Positions 12,212-26,010 of a DNA stretch of 64,000 bases are shown here, piece by piece. This DNA is from Eledone cirrhosa (Eukaryota), in assembly GCA_964016885.1 (NCBI GenBank), contig OZ024740.1, positions 189,534,001-189,598,000 of the forward strand, given 5' to 3'. Every line of letters begins with the position of its first letter. Position 1 is the first letter of the stretch. The notes below the pieces were generated by a model, which worked only from the letters and a program-made list of their open reading frames with translations, made no database searches and had not been told where the DNA came from. A program made the translations under genes and the position numbers.

Positions 12212-12901
12212 AAATGGAATCCAACGTGCCCTAAAACTCAGTACCCAGGACCTTAGACACCCTAAAGTAACTCAACCGAAACTAAAAGCTCTTCCATACA
12301 TCTCCACACACAACCCCCTCAACAATAAGGCCTTTGACACCATCCTCCAGAACATCCCTGTGTTGAAAAAGTACCATAGAATGAACGAAATCCTACGAAC
12401 ACACGATATCATAAAGAGCAAAAGACAATCTAAGTCAATGAAATCATCCTAACACATGCCAACGTACTGCCAACCACAACAACGAAACCCACAGTAACAA
12501 AATGCGATAGACCCAACTGTGGCATATGCATCAACCTAATAGAGGGTTCGGAATTCTATTTCAAAGAAGGACAACGTTTTATAGTAAAACACAATTTCAC
12601 ATGCGCATCAGAAAATCTTATATATGTATTAACTTGCTCAGGTTGTGGAGAACAATACATAGGCCAGACCAAACACAACCTCCGCAAACGCATGACTGTC
12701 AATAGATCCCAAATTCAAATACGGGAATACAGGAAAATACCACTGAGTGAACACATTGATACCTGTGCCGCCCAAAATCATCCCAACTTCAGAATCTTTC
12801 CTCTCTACAAATTTAAAGATAATGCCACCCACACCCTGCGCATCAGCAAGGAATCTCACTTTAATAACAAATACGGACACCGTCTAAACACTTCTCCCTA
12901 A
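12212..12901 (+). pseudogene. PLE C-terminal region with GIY-YIG endonuclease, frameshifted
   Basis: CDRPNCGIC, CASENLIYVLTCSGCGEQYIGQT..LRKRM, KIPLSEHIDTC. Confidence 0.85.
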
Positions 12902-13565
12902 GACGAACCCACAACATACACACGTCAACATAGATACCTACATCAGCATACATCTCTATCCACATATAAACACAATGACATACGTAAACACACATGTTCT
13001 ATGGTGCAACACAAATATATACAAATTTGCATACCTTTTGATATATATAGATATAAATGTGCCGACACACACACATAGATATACGCACACATGCATTGCA
13101 CACTGATGGGCACATACATATTTGTACACAAGTATTCCAATACGGCAATGCCTAATGGATTCCCCTTGCAATACGTACAATCTGGACACTCACACACACC
13201 TGGTATTATTCCAATACTATATATCATTTCACACCTTTTATTATTAAGGTTTTTGATGTTCTATTGAGAAAATCGTTTTTACTGAAAATATCGAATAATG
13301 TACACCATTTTTACCAGTATCACACAAATACTGGTCCACCCACACACACACACACATATATATATACACACACATACACACACATATATACACACACACA
13401 TACACACGCGTACATTAACATACAAAGAGACATACACACACACACACACACACTTCTCCATATAAGACAAGAGCTGAAAAATATCTTTTAACATGTTAAA
13501 ATATACCCCACGCACGTACAGACACATTCCTACTGACCATCCCTCTACCACGAATTACTCTGCTA

Positions 13566-13598
<33 letters not shown>

Positions 13599-13945
13599 TT
13601 GTCTTAATAGGCATTTGAACTGTCAACAGGCTGCGGTTCGCACACACATCCCGGCTGACCATTATCACAACAACGAACCTCTTTACTACTACTACTACAC
13701 ACACACACACATATTTGTCTTGAAAGACTTATTTTTCAGTGACTTCTCAATCAGCCGAGACAAACCTACATTTGGCGCAAAATCAATTTTTAACATTCAC
13801 ATGACCTCTACCGACCAATCGAAATTGTTTTGACGACAAGAATTTTTTCATACATCTGGAGCCACTTTTTTTTACATAAAACAGGTAGAATTTCCAAAAC
13901 TAATCAGATTAGAGCAAACATCACGGGCGCTCTATCTCAAAATTA

Positions 13946-13981
13946 TTTTTGAAAAGCATTAGAAATGCGCAACCGGTAAAA
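13946..13981 (+). ncRNA. Hammerhead variant with U3:A8 core; GAAA mutated to GCAA
   Basis: TTT-TTGAAAA-GCATT/AATGC-GCAA-CCGG-TA-AAA. Confidence 0.55.
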
Positions 13982-14226
13982 CTTAAAACCAAAACTGAAT
14001 ACTAACCAATACTATTACTAATATTTACTTATTCCTAATTAAACCATTTTTCACTAGGAACAATTTGTCAGCATTTTCGTTTCCTTTTACCAATATATAT
14101 ATATATATATATATATTATAAATAATTAGTATATCTACCAACATATGTATACAGATGCATACCTATGTTAGCAAATATATATGTTATATATATATATATA
14201 TATATAAGCATATATATATATATATA

Positions 14227-14300
14227 TTGAGATCAAGATCGGAAGGTCGTGACTTCAATTCTCGGCGACCTGTGATATCTTTGGGAAAGTCACATTATTT
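14227..14300 (+). mobile_element. tRNA-derived SINE fragment
   Basis: Copy of 10687-10760. Confidence 0.5.
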
Positions 14301-14994
14301 TATATTGATCCACTATACTCAATTAACAACAATGTGTTGTATCTTTTAATCGAAAGACATATACACATGGCGACAGCCACAACCCGATTTCGAGCAAGGT
14401 CATTGCTTAACACTCCTCTTAAGCATGAACAGCATGGACGTGACCTTTTATTCCCGCAACACGGTTGCACAAACGCGGTGGGGGTCTCTAGCAGCAGGTG
14501 TAATAGTATTGCGTTGCTGCGTTTTCATATGACGTTTCAATCCACTAAATGAGGCACATTCTATTCCACACTCACTGCAAACAGAAATGTCATACTATGC
14601 ATAATTGAGAGGGTTCTCGTGCCTGTAGCTCCTTAAATGACTTCTAAGGCCTGCCTTATTTAGATATAACCGAACAGATTCTTTACAACTTAAATGGATG
14701 TGCATGCCAAAATACTCAGGCAAAATGAGCCTGTTTATGCTCAATACGGTTTCTTTCAAATACATACAACTATACATACAACTATACACACAAACATACA
14801 CACATACATACATACATACATAAATACATACATACATAATTAAACAAATCATAATATCGAGATTTGAATGAAATAGCCTTGTTTCTGTTAGAAACAGCGT
14901 CTTTCACTATTAGAAGAAAATAAATCCAGAAAAAGATCATACATACATATAAATATAGTGACAATAAGAAAGTTACAGAGAAGGGGGTTAACAT

Positions 14995-14995
<1 letters not shown>

Positions 14996-15085
<90 letters not shown>

Positions 15086-15123
15086 GAGAGAGATAGAGAG
15101 AGAGAGAGAGAGAGGGGTGAGAG

Positions 15124-15199
<76 letters not shown>

Positions 15200-15200
15200 A
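14996..15200. repeat. (GA)n microsatellite with GGGGT/GATA interruptions
   Basis: Read directly. Confidence 0.97.
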
Positions 15201-15436
15201 GAAGGGGGTGTCGACGAAGAGGAGAATTGAGGGAGAGGGAGAAAGTGAATGCAGCGGTCAAATACAAAGAGATTCGGAAACACAATTTTAGAGACTGACT
15301 ATAATTAGTTTCTAATACTAGAAAAAATGTCAATTCATGATGAAGCTGATTAATGAATGTATATGAGCCTACACACACACACATACACACATACACATAC
15401 ACATACACAAATACACACACATACACACACACACAT

Positions 15437-15500
<64 letters not shown>

Positions 15501-16609
15501 GGGAGGGGGGTACGCGCGTGTGCATAACTCATTTTCTACTGCTTGCGACAGAAAGAAAAACTGCACTATATTAATGAAGGGAGAATATCACAGTCTATAT
15601 GAAAACTGAGAAATATAATTAAAGGATTGTTCTTTCCTTCTATGAAAAAAAAAAAAGAATATGACGAAGAATATTTTGAAATGAAATAACATACAAAACT
15701 AAAATATAACAATAATTACTATAGGTTGATATTAGATAACGCTAATTAGTGGAGTATCCAGTAATCAAAATAATTCACATCAATGCTGCAATTTTTTTTA
15801 GCTTTCTATGATCTATATTAAGATACTAGCATTGGAGAATAGGAGGCATAGATTCCCATGGATCCGTAAGGGAATTAGTTTCTATTCTTGGTTGCAATTT
15901 TACTGTTCATGGATATTTAAAATACATTTGGCTGTAGCACAAACATGGCAAATATCCAGTTCATTTTCTTCATGAAGTACATGGTCAGTAAACCAAGTCA
16001 AAATGAACAAACAGTTATCATTTCTAGCATCGTCAATTTTGTGTAGTGAGTTAGACAAACTGAATCTCCAATCTCCTTTCTTGCCGTTTCTTTAGATTCT
16101 GTTTCTGTATTGGCCAGGTAAATAAATAGATATTCTTCTTGTTCTTCTTCTTCTTCCATCAAAGGAATAAGACTCGTGACCATATCGTACATTTCTTTTG
16201 TGCACGGAACTCCGATAGTAGGGGATAATTTGAAGTTGTGACTGCTGTTTTTAGCATGTCTAGAGACTATGTAGAGCTGCCCATCGGCTCATTTAATATC
16301 TGTTTGTGGTGGGTCTTGGTGTGCCGGTGAGTGTGGCGGCATAACAAGTTACAGACAGTTGTGATAGAACACCAGAAAATTAAATTTAGGTCAATCATAG
16401 TCTCGCCAACTACACAAACTATCAAAAAGACGATGGAAGAGATGAATGGGAGATAGGAATCCGTGATTCCATGACAAAAGCGAGAGATTGTTGCAATAAA
16501 GTAATTGAGTAAAATCCACAAATGTGGCTAATAAATTTTAAGAAAGCACGTGAGTTACACAAAATCAGTTTCCTCATTTATAATGTCTGTTTGCTTACAC
16601 ACATACACC

Positions 16610-16640
<31 letters not shown>

Positions 16641-18074
16641 TCAGACAGGCAGACATATACACACACACACACACACACACAGACTCGCATGCACAAAAAC
16701 ACACAGACACACATGCAAAGAACACAATACCCGTTTGTTTTCGTTTTTCTGTTCATTTATTGGCTACGTTTGTTTCTAACATTCCGATTCCCCATATTCA
16801 TATATACGTCGGTGTATATTTGTTAGAGACTACTGATTCCCCTTTTATACCACATTGCGTTTCGCGTCTTTCAGACGACAAAAGAACACTTTCCTCTTCT
16901 ACAGAATTGCATATAAAAGGAGCTCAAAGCATGAATGAAGTGAATCATTTTCCTTGAGCGAGCATAACAACTCTACAACATATATTAAGCAAAGGTTTTC
17001 CTGCTTATTTATCAGAACGGATATCAATGGGAATATCTCAAATCCTCCCGAAATTTTTACTTTTTCTCTTAGCTTGATGCAAATTGTAGATTTCCCACTA
17101 ATTGTCCCGTGAACGGATTCTGCCTAACACATAATGTAGTATAATAGTGCACCGTGAGAACACAAAACTCTACTAGTTCATACATTGGAGCCAGAGCGAA
17201 TCCATTTAAGACCCAATATAATTCCAATTTAAATTCATTTAAAAACAATAAGCTTAAGAATATTACGTGCTTAGCAAGGTATATGACTAATCTATTTAAC
17301 TCTAAAACTAGCTAAATCTATTCCTTATAACGGCAATAAGGGGTATTGCATATGTCTCTCGGAAGCATATTTTATCACAATGTCAACCAAAAATCATTTG
17401 AATAGTAGAAATAAATTAGTCGTAATTACTTGTCCACATCGTTTTTCTTATTTGCTCTTTAATAAGGAATACAATGCTACCTAATGGTTACTCTGGTGCC
17501 CCCTTTTTATAAATATATTGTCGTGTATGTATATAACTATGGATGCGTATTTATGTATATCTGTGGATGTATGGGTATATCTATATATATGGGTATGTAT
17601 GTGTATGTGTAGGTATGTGCATATACGTAGGTATGTGCGTATACTCCCTTACGGTTGAGTAAACCTTAGGCGGCAACTAACTGCTTCTTTTAGCAACGAA
17701 GTTACTCGCCACCGGCCTACCCTTCACATCAATTCTATCTTGACCGCTAGCCAAGTGATAATTTTCACGCCATTTGAATTCGTTATTAGCGGCGATCGAT
17801 TAGGAAATTTCGGTCCTAACTGAAGGAATCTTTTGAAAATCTCTGGGCCTCATGGATAAAGTACGATTGGACATTTTTCGCAAAGTACGAGCGAAACTAT
17901 CGATAGTCGGGACTAGAAGAGTCTTTGGTAACGTTTATCTATTTTTTTTTCTTCAAACTTATATTTTAGACATAGCTCCGTTTAAATGATTATTTACCTA
18001 GTTAATTTCTACAGGCTAAAAAGAAAAAAAAATTGGATATACTTTGTCTGGCTATTCTTCAAACTTATAATTAT

Positions 18075-18111
<37 letters not shown>

Positions 18112-18130
18112 CACACACACACACATACAC

Positions 18131-18171
<41 letters not shown>

Positions 18172-18255
18172 GTTATTCCGGGTTGAATCGGAGGTAACCA
18201 CAGTAAGTAAGGTACTCAATACATTGCAGAGTATAAAAGTTTTAATATATAGATG

Positions 18256-18306
18256 AGATTCTACAAGACTAGAACTGTTTCATTCTTTAGAAATCATCAG
18301 GAATCT
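18256..18306 (-). ncRNA. Type I hammerhead ribozyme in a pLTR-like unit (~18168-18750)
   Basis: Reverse complement: AGATTC-CTGATGA-TTCT/AGAA-GAAA-CAG..TTG-TA-GAATCT; same family as 39027-39163. Confidence 0.85.
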
Positions 18307-18849
18307 GGGTATCAAAAAATAAGTATGGTATTTATAGGTCTCTACAAGTGGTAGGAGAGGGTGGGGAGTGGGATGGGTGTAGGTCATTGGTTGATAGAAA
18401 AGGGGTTCAATAAAAGCTAATTCTACAAAGCTATAGTTTATTTTTATTTATTTTTGTTTTTAGAGTAACAAAGGCAGACAACTATAAACAGGTTCAGGAT
18501 GGCAAGCCATTCCTTGTTATTAAGTTTCTCTTAAGCTAACAGGTGTCTATAAGATCAGTGGGTGGTCAGTCATGGTAGATAGATTTAAAGGAAAGGGAGA
18601 TTCTTTAAAAGCTAAATTCATTAAGGTTCTACTAAGTGACAAAGGTTTAGAGAATTCTGTAGACAAATTCAGAATATTGAGTGCATATCTTACAATTATC
18701 TTCAAATTTCTCATAAACTGTTCAACTATATGCCAAAAATCAACAGACACATTCAAAAAACACACTCACTCACACACTCGCGCGCAACCATAAACACACA
18801 TACACATACACATATACACACATAAAAACACACACACATATAAATATAT

Positions 18850-18888
<39 letters not shown>

Positions 18889-18904
18889 TACACACACACA
18901 TATA

Positions 18905-18950
<46 letters not shown>

Positions 18951-19110
18951 TATATAAGGAAAAATTGAACGGGAACAAAACAGAACATATATATATATAT
19001 ACACACACATACACCATGCATACATATATTTATATATATATATACACACACATACACCATGCATACATATATTTATATATATATATAGAGATACACCATT
19101 CATACATATA

Positions 19111-19158
<48 letters not shown>

Positions 19159-19169
19159 CACACACATAC

Positions 19170-19215
<46 letters not shown>

Positions 19216-19233
19216 TTATATATATATATATAT

Positions 19234-19264
<31 letters not shown>

Positions 19265-19407
19265 CATATATATATACACATATATACACATATATACACA
19301 TATACATACATATACACATACATACACGTACATATACACACACACACATATACACACACACACCCATACATATATAAATACATACATACACATACACATA
19401 CACACAC

Positions 19408-19438
<31 letters not shown>

Positions 19439-19478
19439 TACACGCATACACACACACACACACGTACACGTACACACA

Positions 19479-19514
<36 letters not shown>

Positions 19515-21370
19515 GGCAAAATTTGAACAGGGACAAAACAGAGAGGCATTACAATAAATGTTTATTAATTTCACGCTCAGGAGAGTGGGGTGTAGGTGGG
19601 GGACGACGTTTCGGGCATAAGCCCTTCCTCAGGTGAGAAGTGTGTGGGAACAGAGTTCAAAGGGTGTGTAGGGGAGTGGTGGAGAGACGTATAGCGAAAG
19701 GAAACGGTGCGAATGAAATTAAAAATAAAAATAAAAATAAAGCATGATCAAAATAAAAGGAATGAAATAAAAATAAATATAAAAGCATGATCAAAATAAA
19801 CTGAAATTAAAAAGGGGTAAAACAGGTGGTGGAAGGGTGTGGGTATGTAGGGGTGGTGGCGGGTGGTGTGGGGAGAGGGAGACGGGGTGTCCGAGCGGGG
19901 AGGGCTGAAGGTGGGGTGTGTGTGTAGGTGTGCGTGTGTGTGTGTGTGTGTATGTGAAAGTAAGGGTTGGGGGAAGAACGGGGTTGCATGTTCAGGAAGA
20001 GGAGTGTGTGGGGGGTGTTTTTGTGGGTCGGAGTGTCTGTGCGTGTGTGGGTAAGGGGGGGGGGAGAGGAATCAGGAGGCTGAGGGTGCAAATATGTGGT
20101 GGGAAGCACGTGTGTGTGGGGTTTAAGCGTGTTGTATGTGTGGGTGGCGTGGGGAGAAAAAAACTTTTTTTGGGGTGTGTGTGTGGGTGAGTTATATAGG
20201 TGATGACGTAAGAGGATGGTTGAAAAGTTGGTAAGTTCCAAGGTTGTTAGGAGGATTGTTTATAAGTCAATTTCTGCGTGTGGGTAATCCATGAAGCGGT
20301 GGTCGGAAGAGGAGAGATGTGGGGTGCGCGCGCAACAGGAAGTGGTCAGCAGTGGGAGTGCTGTGGTCTGTTGGTGCTGGCAGGTGGTCAGAAGGGCATA
20401 GCAGCAGTCGGTGGAATGGTAAAGGGGCGAGGATGGGTAGGTGTGAAAGTTGGAGTGAGGAGGGTGTGTGTGTGTGTGTATTAGTAGGGGTGTTAGTGGG
20501 ATGAGTGAGTGTGGAGCGGGGGTGTGGGTGGAGCGGGGAGAGCAGGGTGTGTGTGGTTCTATGGAGCGAGTGTGGTGTACTGGTGTGTGTGTAGTTTGGG
20601 GAAGAGGTGTTAGTGGGTGTTAGTGATGTTAGTTGCGTGTGGGGTGGGTGGTGTAAGTGGGTGCGTGTGTGCGTGTGATAAGGAGGGGGAGGAGGAGAAG
20701 AAGAGGGGAGGGAAGGGATGTTAGTATGTTAGTTGGGGAAGGGTGGTCAGATGAGGGGTGGGTAGGAGGTGTTAGTATTGTTAGTGTGGGGTGGGCGGTG
20801 AAAAGGAGGGGTGTGTTAGTGGTGTTAGTGGGGGATAAGTGTGGGGAGGAAGGGGGCGGTCGAACGCTAAAGGAATAAGGGTGGGGAGTTCAGGCCTGGG
20901 GGAGTGTGGGTCTGTAAGATGAAGATAGTTCGTTGTTCGACCGTAAGGCGATGGGCGGGTGTTCCGTGGCCGGTTTGATGACGATGTCATCTCGGCTACG
21001 GATGGAGCGGAGAGCGAGGAGTTCGCCCCGTGAGATATTGTGCCGTTTGGAACGGTGGCGGAAGTCGAAACGATTTACTGCGCTACGGCTGGCATCGACG
21101 AAGGCGTCCAGGGTGCTAAATTGCCCTGGGGCCGGCGTCCAAGAAGATGGTCGTCGGCCCAGGGTGAGAAACGGGTCTGGGGTGTCCGGAGCCGGTGGCG
21201 TTCGGCCGAAATGTGCCTGTAGCTTAGTGCGTCGCACGAATCGCTCGACTTCCGTTCGGGTGCGGAACTCGTCGCTGTGCGGAGTGTGGGGTATGAAGCG
21301 AAGGCCTCTACTAAGGAGTGAGCGCTCAGGTGCGGAGAGGGGGAGGTCAGGGGGTATGGTGACAACAAGG
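19515..21370 (-). mobile_element. Internally deleted PLE relic (N-terminal coding part plus 3' region)
   Basis: Minus frame IPPDLPLSAPERSLLSRGLRFIP..LQAHF..SSWTP..NISRGELLALRSIRSRDDIVIKPA is a PLE N-terminus that stops at IKPA; HHR near the 3' end. Confidence 0.75.
19601..19636 (-). ncRNA. Minimal hammerhead ribozyme
   Basis: Reverse complement: CTGAGGA-A-GGGC-TTAT-GCCC-GAAA-CG-TC; stem I weak. Confidence 0.7.
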
Positions 21371-21440
21371 GGTGGGGTTTGGGTGTGTGCGTGTGTGTGG
21401 GGGGGGGGGGGGGGTGGAGGGGGGAGATTGTACAGAGATA

Positions 21441-21940
21441 TTGCCGGTCCAGTAAAAATTATGTTCTCTCCCTTCTTTCATCGAAAAGTACTAAGTGACA
21501 TAGTCACTACTTTAAAACTGATAGCGAATGGTCTTCAAAATGTTTTTAATTAAACATACGGTATATTGCCAAATATACTATACATACATTCATGTATACA
21601 TCGCTATTTCAGAACACCAAACCTAATGCCTAATATTTGCTGGACCAGCAATCGCTCTGTATAATCAGCTCCTGATTATTACTAGAATTCTATAAGAATC
21701 CAGCTTCTATAATTTTCGGCGAAAGCGGGGAGTGCGTGGCTCTGATGATCGACAACAGCGTGAAACAGACTGTTGGCTTCTTTCCCTTCTTTCACCGAGA
21801 AGTAGTAAGTGACCTAGTCACTACCTTTAAACCCATAGCGTATGACCTTCAACATGTTTATAATTAAACAAACGGTATATTGCCAAACATACTATACATA
21901 TATTCATGTATACATCGCTATTTCTGAACACCAATCCTAA
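21441..21940 (+). mobile_element. About 1.5 tandem units of a ~315-bp HHR monomer (retrozyme-like)
   Basis: 21464-21625 is repeated at 21778-21940; same family as 36246-37135; short inverted piece at 21441-21460. Confidence 0.8.
21738..21778 (+). ncRNA. Type I hammerhead ribozyme
   Basis: GGCT-CTGATGA-short stem II-GAAA-CAG-A-CTG-TT-GGCT. Confidence 0.75.
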
Positions 21941-22250
21941 TATATATATATATATGTATATATGTTACTCTTTATGTGTATGTATGTATATATGTAAACG
22001 TACGTACTTTATGTGTGTGTACATATGTGTGGGTATGTATGCGTGCATATATGTAGATATGTATATATGTGTGTGCATGTGTAGGAATGTATATTCTTAT
22101 ATTTATTTCTATTTTTAATGTTATGTATATGTGCATGTATGTATATCTGATTCGGTATGTACATGTACTTTGTCCGTTATCTTAATTCAGCCGAACTTTC
22201 ATTTTTAATAGATTTTAATTTCAAATCTTATATCCATAACAGAAATATAT

Positions 22251-22314
22251 CATCTGACGAACGAACTGGACGTTTCTGTTAGAATCATCTAATTTCATGA
22301 AACCTTAGGAAATG
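22251..22314 (+). ncRNA. Degenerate hammerhead
   Basis: CAT-CTGACGA-..-GAAA-CCTTAGG-AA-ATG; the cleavage-site U is replaced by A. Confidence 0.45.
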
Positions 22315-22430
22315 GAATAATTATTTTGTTTTATTTATTATATAATTAAATAGCTCTGTGCCATACATAGAACACTCTTCTTTCCTTCACCTTTTCTACG
22401 GAAATACATAACACACACACACACACACAC

Positions 22431-22465
<35 letters not shown>

Positions 22466-22485
22466 TATAATATATATATATATAA

Positions 22486-22526
<41 letters not shown>

Positions 22527-23054
22527 CATATACACACCACTTTCTCAAAGTAAAACAGCAGATCTTCCCTTAATCTGAATTGTCTAGGTATCCAATTATC
22601 ATTTGTTGTTCAAGTTCTTATATATTTACACATCATAGACACAAATTCATATTGACATGTAACTGTTCCCATATTCATACACCATTTTTCCATGTTTTAT
22701 CAAATAAAAAAAAAAAGACCAAAAGTATCCACGTCCTAGTCTTTCGCGAGCTTTCAAGTCTGCTTAAATGGGGATGACAACTGGATGAGATTTCAAAGAT
22801 TTAAAGTTGTATAAAGAAGTGATCGGAATAAATAGGGGTTAGTTCTTTCACTGAGAGTGATTGGCGACAGCAGGAGAGACGAGAAGAAAAGAGGCGATGC
22901 ATATGACAAACCTGCTTGGCAGTCGCACGTCACGTCATTATGTGGTTCTGAGTAGTAGATGCCTTGCATTATTTGAATCGGACTAAGGAACAAGGTTTCC
23001 ATTCGTCTTTCCATTTCTGATATATTCTACCAGTTGCAATTCCCAGCAGAAACA

Positions 23055-23175
23055 GCAACGTGAAATAAAATGTCTTGCTCAAGCGCATAACGCATTGCGC
23101 TGTCTGGAATCGAATTCGCAACCTCATGATTGCGAATCCAGTTCTCTAACCACCAACCTATACGCCTGCCCATAA
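23055..23175 (-). mobile_element. tRNA-derived SINE head
   Basis: Reverse complement has A-box-like GGTTGGTGGTTAGAG, B-box-like GAATTCGATTCC, then TTGAGCAAGACATTT. Confidence 0.6.
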
Positions 23176-23339
23176 ACAGAAGTTTAATATTTCTACGCCA
23201 CCGATGGTGTTCAAGGGAAAGCAAGAGCCGATACGATTCGGTACCAGTTTCGTCACAGGCGTTGCATTCATAAATCAAATAACTAGAACAAATACCGCTA
23301 GATTCTCTAATCATTTTGTCAGTCACCCTACTGGATAGA

Positions 23340-23460
23340 TAGTTAATTTATCGACACCGAGAGGAGGAAAGACATATTTGACTCTGGCGGAATTAGAATT
23401 CAGAGCAGTGGGAACAAATACTGCAAGAAATTGTTCACGACGCTCTAATGATTCTGTAAA
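23340..23460 (-). mobile_element. SINE fragment, family of 28420-28612
   Basis: Reverse complement has CTTTCCTCCTCTCGGTGTCGATAAATTAA. Confidence 0.55.
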
Positions 23461-24269
23461 CAAAAAGTGGGCAGATTTGGTGGGAGTCAGTTTGTCATTG
23501 ATTTAACTTGTATTGGTCATTCACTCCGCGGTAATACACTGGGCGGTAGTTTTGAGTACTTCAAGCAAATTTAATGTTTTCGGTTATATTTGCTTAGATG
23601 TCTAAATTTTGAATCACACGAATGTGAGCAGACATCTATATTTTATATTCTAGCTGTCATGAGTTAGTGTTTCTAGCACTACTGAAAGTCAACCACAAAC
23701 AAAACCAAAGTGTGCTACTAAAGACGAATTAACTAGTTTCTTTTACTTCACCATTGATTTTTCTTTTTTAGCATATCTATTCTCCCTTTCACTCCCAGCG
23801 GAAAAATCTTTTCCTTTTGACACAGTCACGTCATGGATGTCTGTGTGTTTTGTCTTATTTGTGCCACATTCCAGGAAATAACGTTTCTTAATTTTTCCCA
23901 CACTTTTTCATTAAACTAAAGTGAAGCAAACTGTAAAAAAAAATATTTTTTCTTCCACAAACATTATATAAAGAAATTTTTGTGAATGAGAGTTAACCAC
24001 ACCCACATCTAGAACAACCAGCCAACCAACAAGCTATTACCCGCCAACCAACCGACTAATCACCCAACAATCCACACAATCAGTCAACCTGCCAGCTCTC
24101 CGGCCTGCCAACCTCCGAATTGCATTAGGCTTTCCAGAAGAAAAACATTTACGCGTATTTGACATTTGATAGATAATCGTATTCGATTATAAGTCAGAGA
24201 CACACATAGACACACGCGGTTAAGCTCTCACTTTGGTATTATGCTGTTGGTTGATATGTATGTATATAC

Positions 24270-24318
<49 letters not shown>

Positions 24319-25909
24319 ATTTATGTGTAGATATGTACACGCACGCACACACACACGAGCACATAGAGACACGCACACACAAACACACATACATCTATGT
24401 CTCTTTCTATATATACCCATGTTGCAATAGTGCGACTTATAAAGACGAATCTAAGAATTAGCGATTTCTTTCTACGAGGTTTACAATCACTTCGTTGATG
24501 CGTAATAGAATGTTTTCTTAGCTACCCTAACCCATTACATAGCTACACTCTGCAGGTTCATTCAGATAAATCTATCATTGGTAACCAGTATTTTAAAAAA
24601 ATATATATTATGTTTTGGTTTCTTCTTTTTGTCTCTTCTTTAGATTTTCATAGATAAAGATATTTTTAAGAAACCATTGAATCAATGAAACCAGTGATAA
24701 GCAACTCTCACGAGATAATAATTCCGAGAAGATAGATTTGTTTATCAATTTTTTCAAAACCCAAAACGAGCAAATCAAAACAAAATGGAAGAAAGAAATA
24801 CGCAAGCAAATAAACAAAATAATTAAAAGGAAGTCAATAAAGCTTTTTGCTATTGTTGTTGTTGTTAATATTATTTCCATAGAAATTAATTGAATATTCC
24901 AGAGAGAATGTATACAAATATTCTTTCAGATGCACTATTGAATTATTGAAATTATCAACAATAATTATGCATATCCTTTCAACACGCATAAAAGAATAAC
25001 AAATCGGTTTAACTGGCACAAACAATTATTTGTTTGCACACACAAACACACACACGTACATACAAACACACACACATGCACACACGTACAAACACACACA
25101 CATCAAACACACATACACACACAGACATATACATACACGCACATAATCATGCACACATATACACATGTACATTTATCCAAAGCAGGCGTCGCATGCATAG
25201 ACATACAGCTTCCCACACATTTCTATTCCCTTAAAAATAACGTGTCAGGATCTCAGGTCAATATATTTTGTGATGGGCACAATATTCTTCGACAAATCAC
25301 TTAATTCAACGCAAGTCAATTTACATAGTCAGAGAGGGAATATTGGACAACCTGTTTTTGTTGTTTATACATAAATAGTTTATGAACGATCGTGTTTTCA
25401 TCATAATAATATTGTGTATATTATAGCATATTCTTCCATTCATATTAAGGCTAATGGATTAAACGTTGTTCCATGCAAAGTTTATAAATTTCAAATGGTT
25501 TTATAGGAGAGAATATGCTTTGTCGTTATAGGACATACATCTTTAAACTAAAGTGTCTTTTGTCTCCAAGTTTTAAATTGAATACATTTAATTAAGTTAA
25601 ATATAATCAGCTTTCTTAGGCTAGCCAGTGCTATTCAAAAATGTATTCAATTTTCCTTAAACCATTAACTGCCAATAGCTAGATATTCTCCATCAATTCT
25701 CGTATGATGATACTTAACATTTTGTTAGAATGGTTAAAATTTATCATGGCTATTTCTTTCCGGAAATAAATAACACACAAAACGATATTTGTGTTTAAAG
25801 TTGACGAATGAGAATAACCTGGGAGTTGTTCATTTTTTGTCTAAAAGATTTTCGAATATAACCACATATCACAATAACCTTTCAAATGAATGTAGATTAT
25901 TAAATCTAT

Positions 25910-26010
25910 AGAGGTTAACTTTGCCTTTCATCCTTACGGGGTCGATAAAATAAAGTACCAGAAATGCACTGGATAATTGCTGGCCTTGTGCCAAAAGTAG
26001 AAACAACTAT
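25910..26010 (+). mobile_element. SINE 3' fragment
   Basis: ACTTTGCCTTTCATCCTTACGGGGTCGATAAAATAAA..CTTGTGCCAAAAGTAGAAAC, shared with 28517-28605. Confidence 0.7.

Larger units (their letters stand above)
12165..14095 (+). mobile_element. 5'-truncated Neptune-type PLE with a short inverted terminal copy
   Basis: 12165-12217 is the inverted copy of 14043-14096; the interior is a GIY-YIG region plus a CA-rich 3' region; 12215-12240 matches the reverse complement of 185-215. Confidence 0.8.

Noticed and set aside
14370-14430. CTTAAGA..GAAA motif on minus
   Set aside because: Stems are weak and ambiguous
17810-17915. GAAA-CTATCGATAG-TC with upstream CTGAAGG
   Set aside because: Core and stem I register do not fit; at best a decayed HHR
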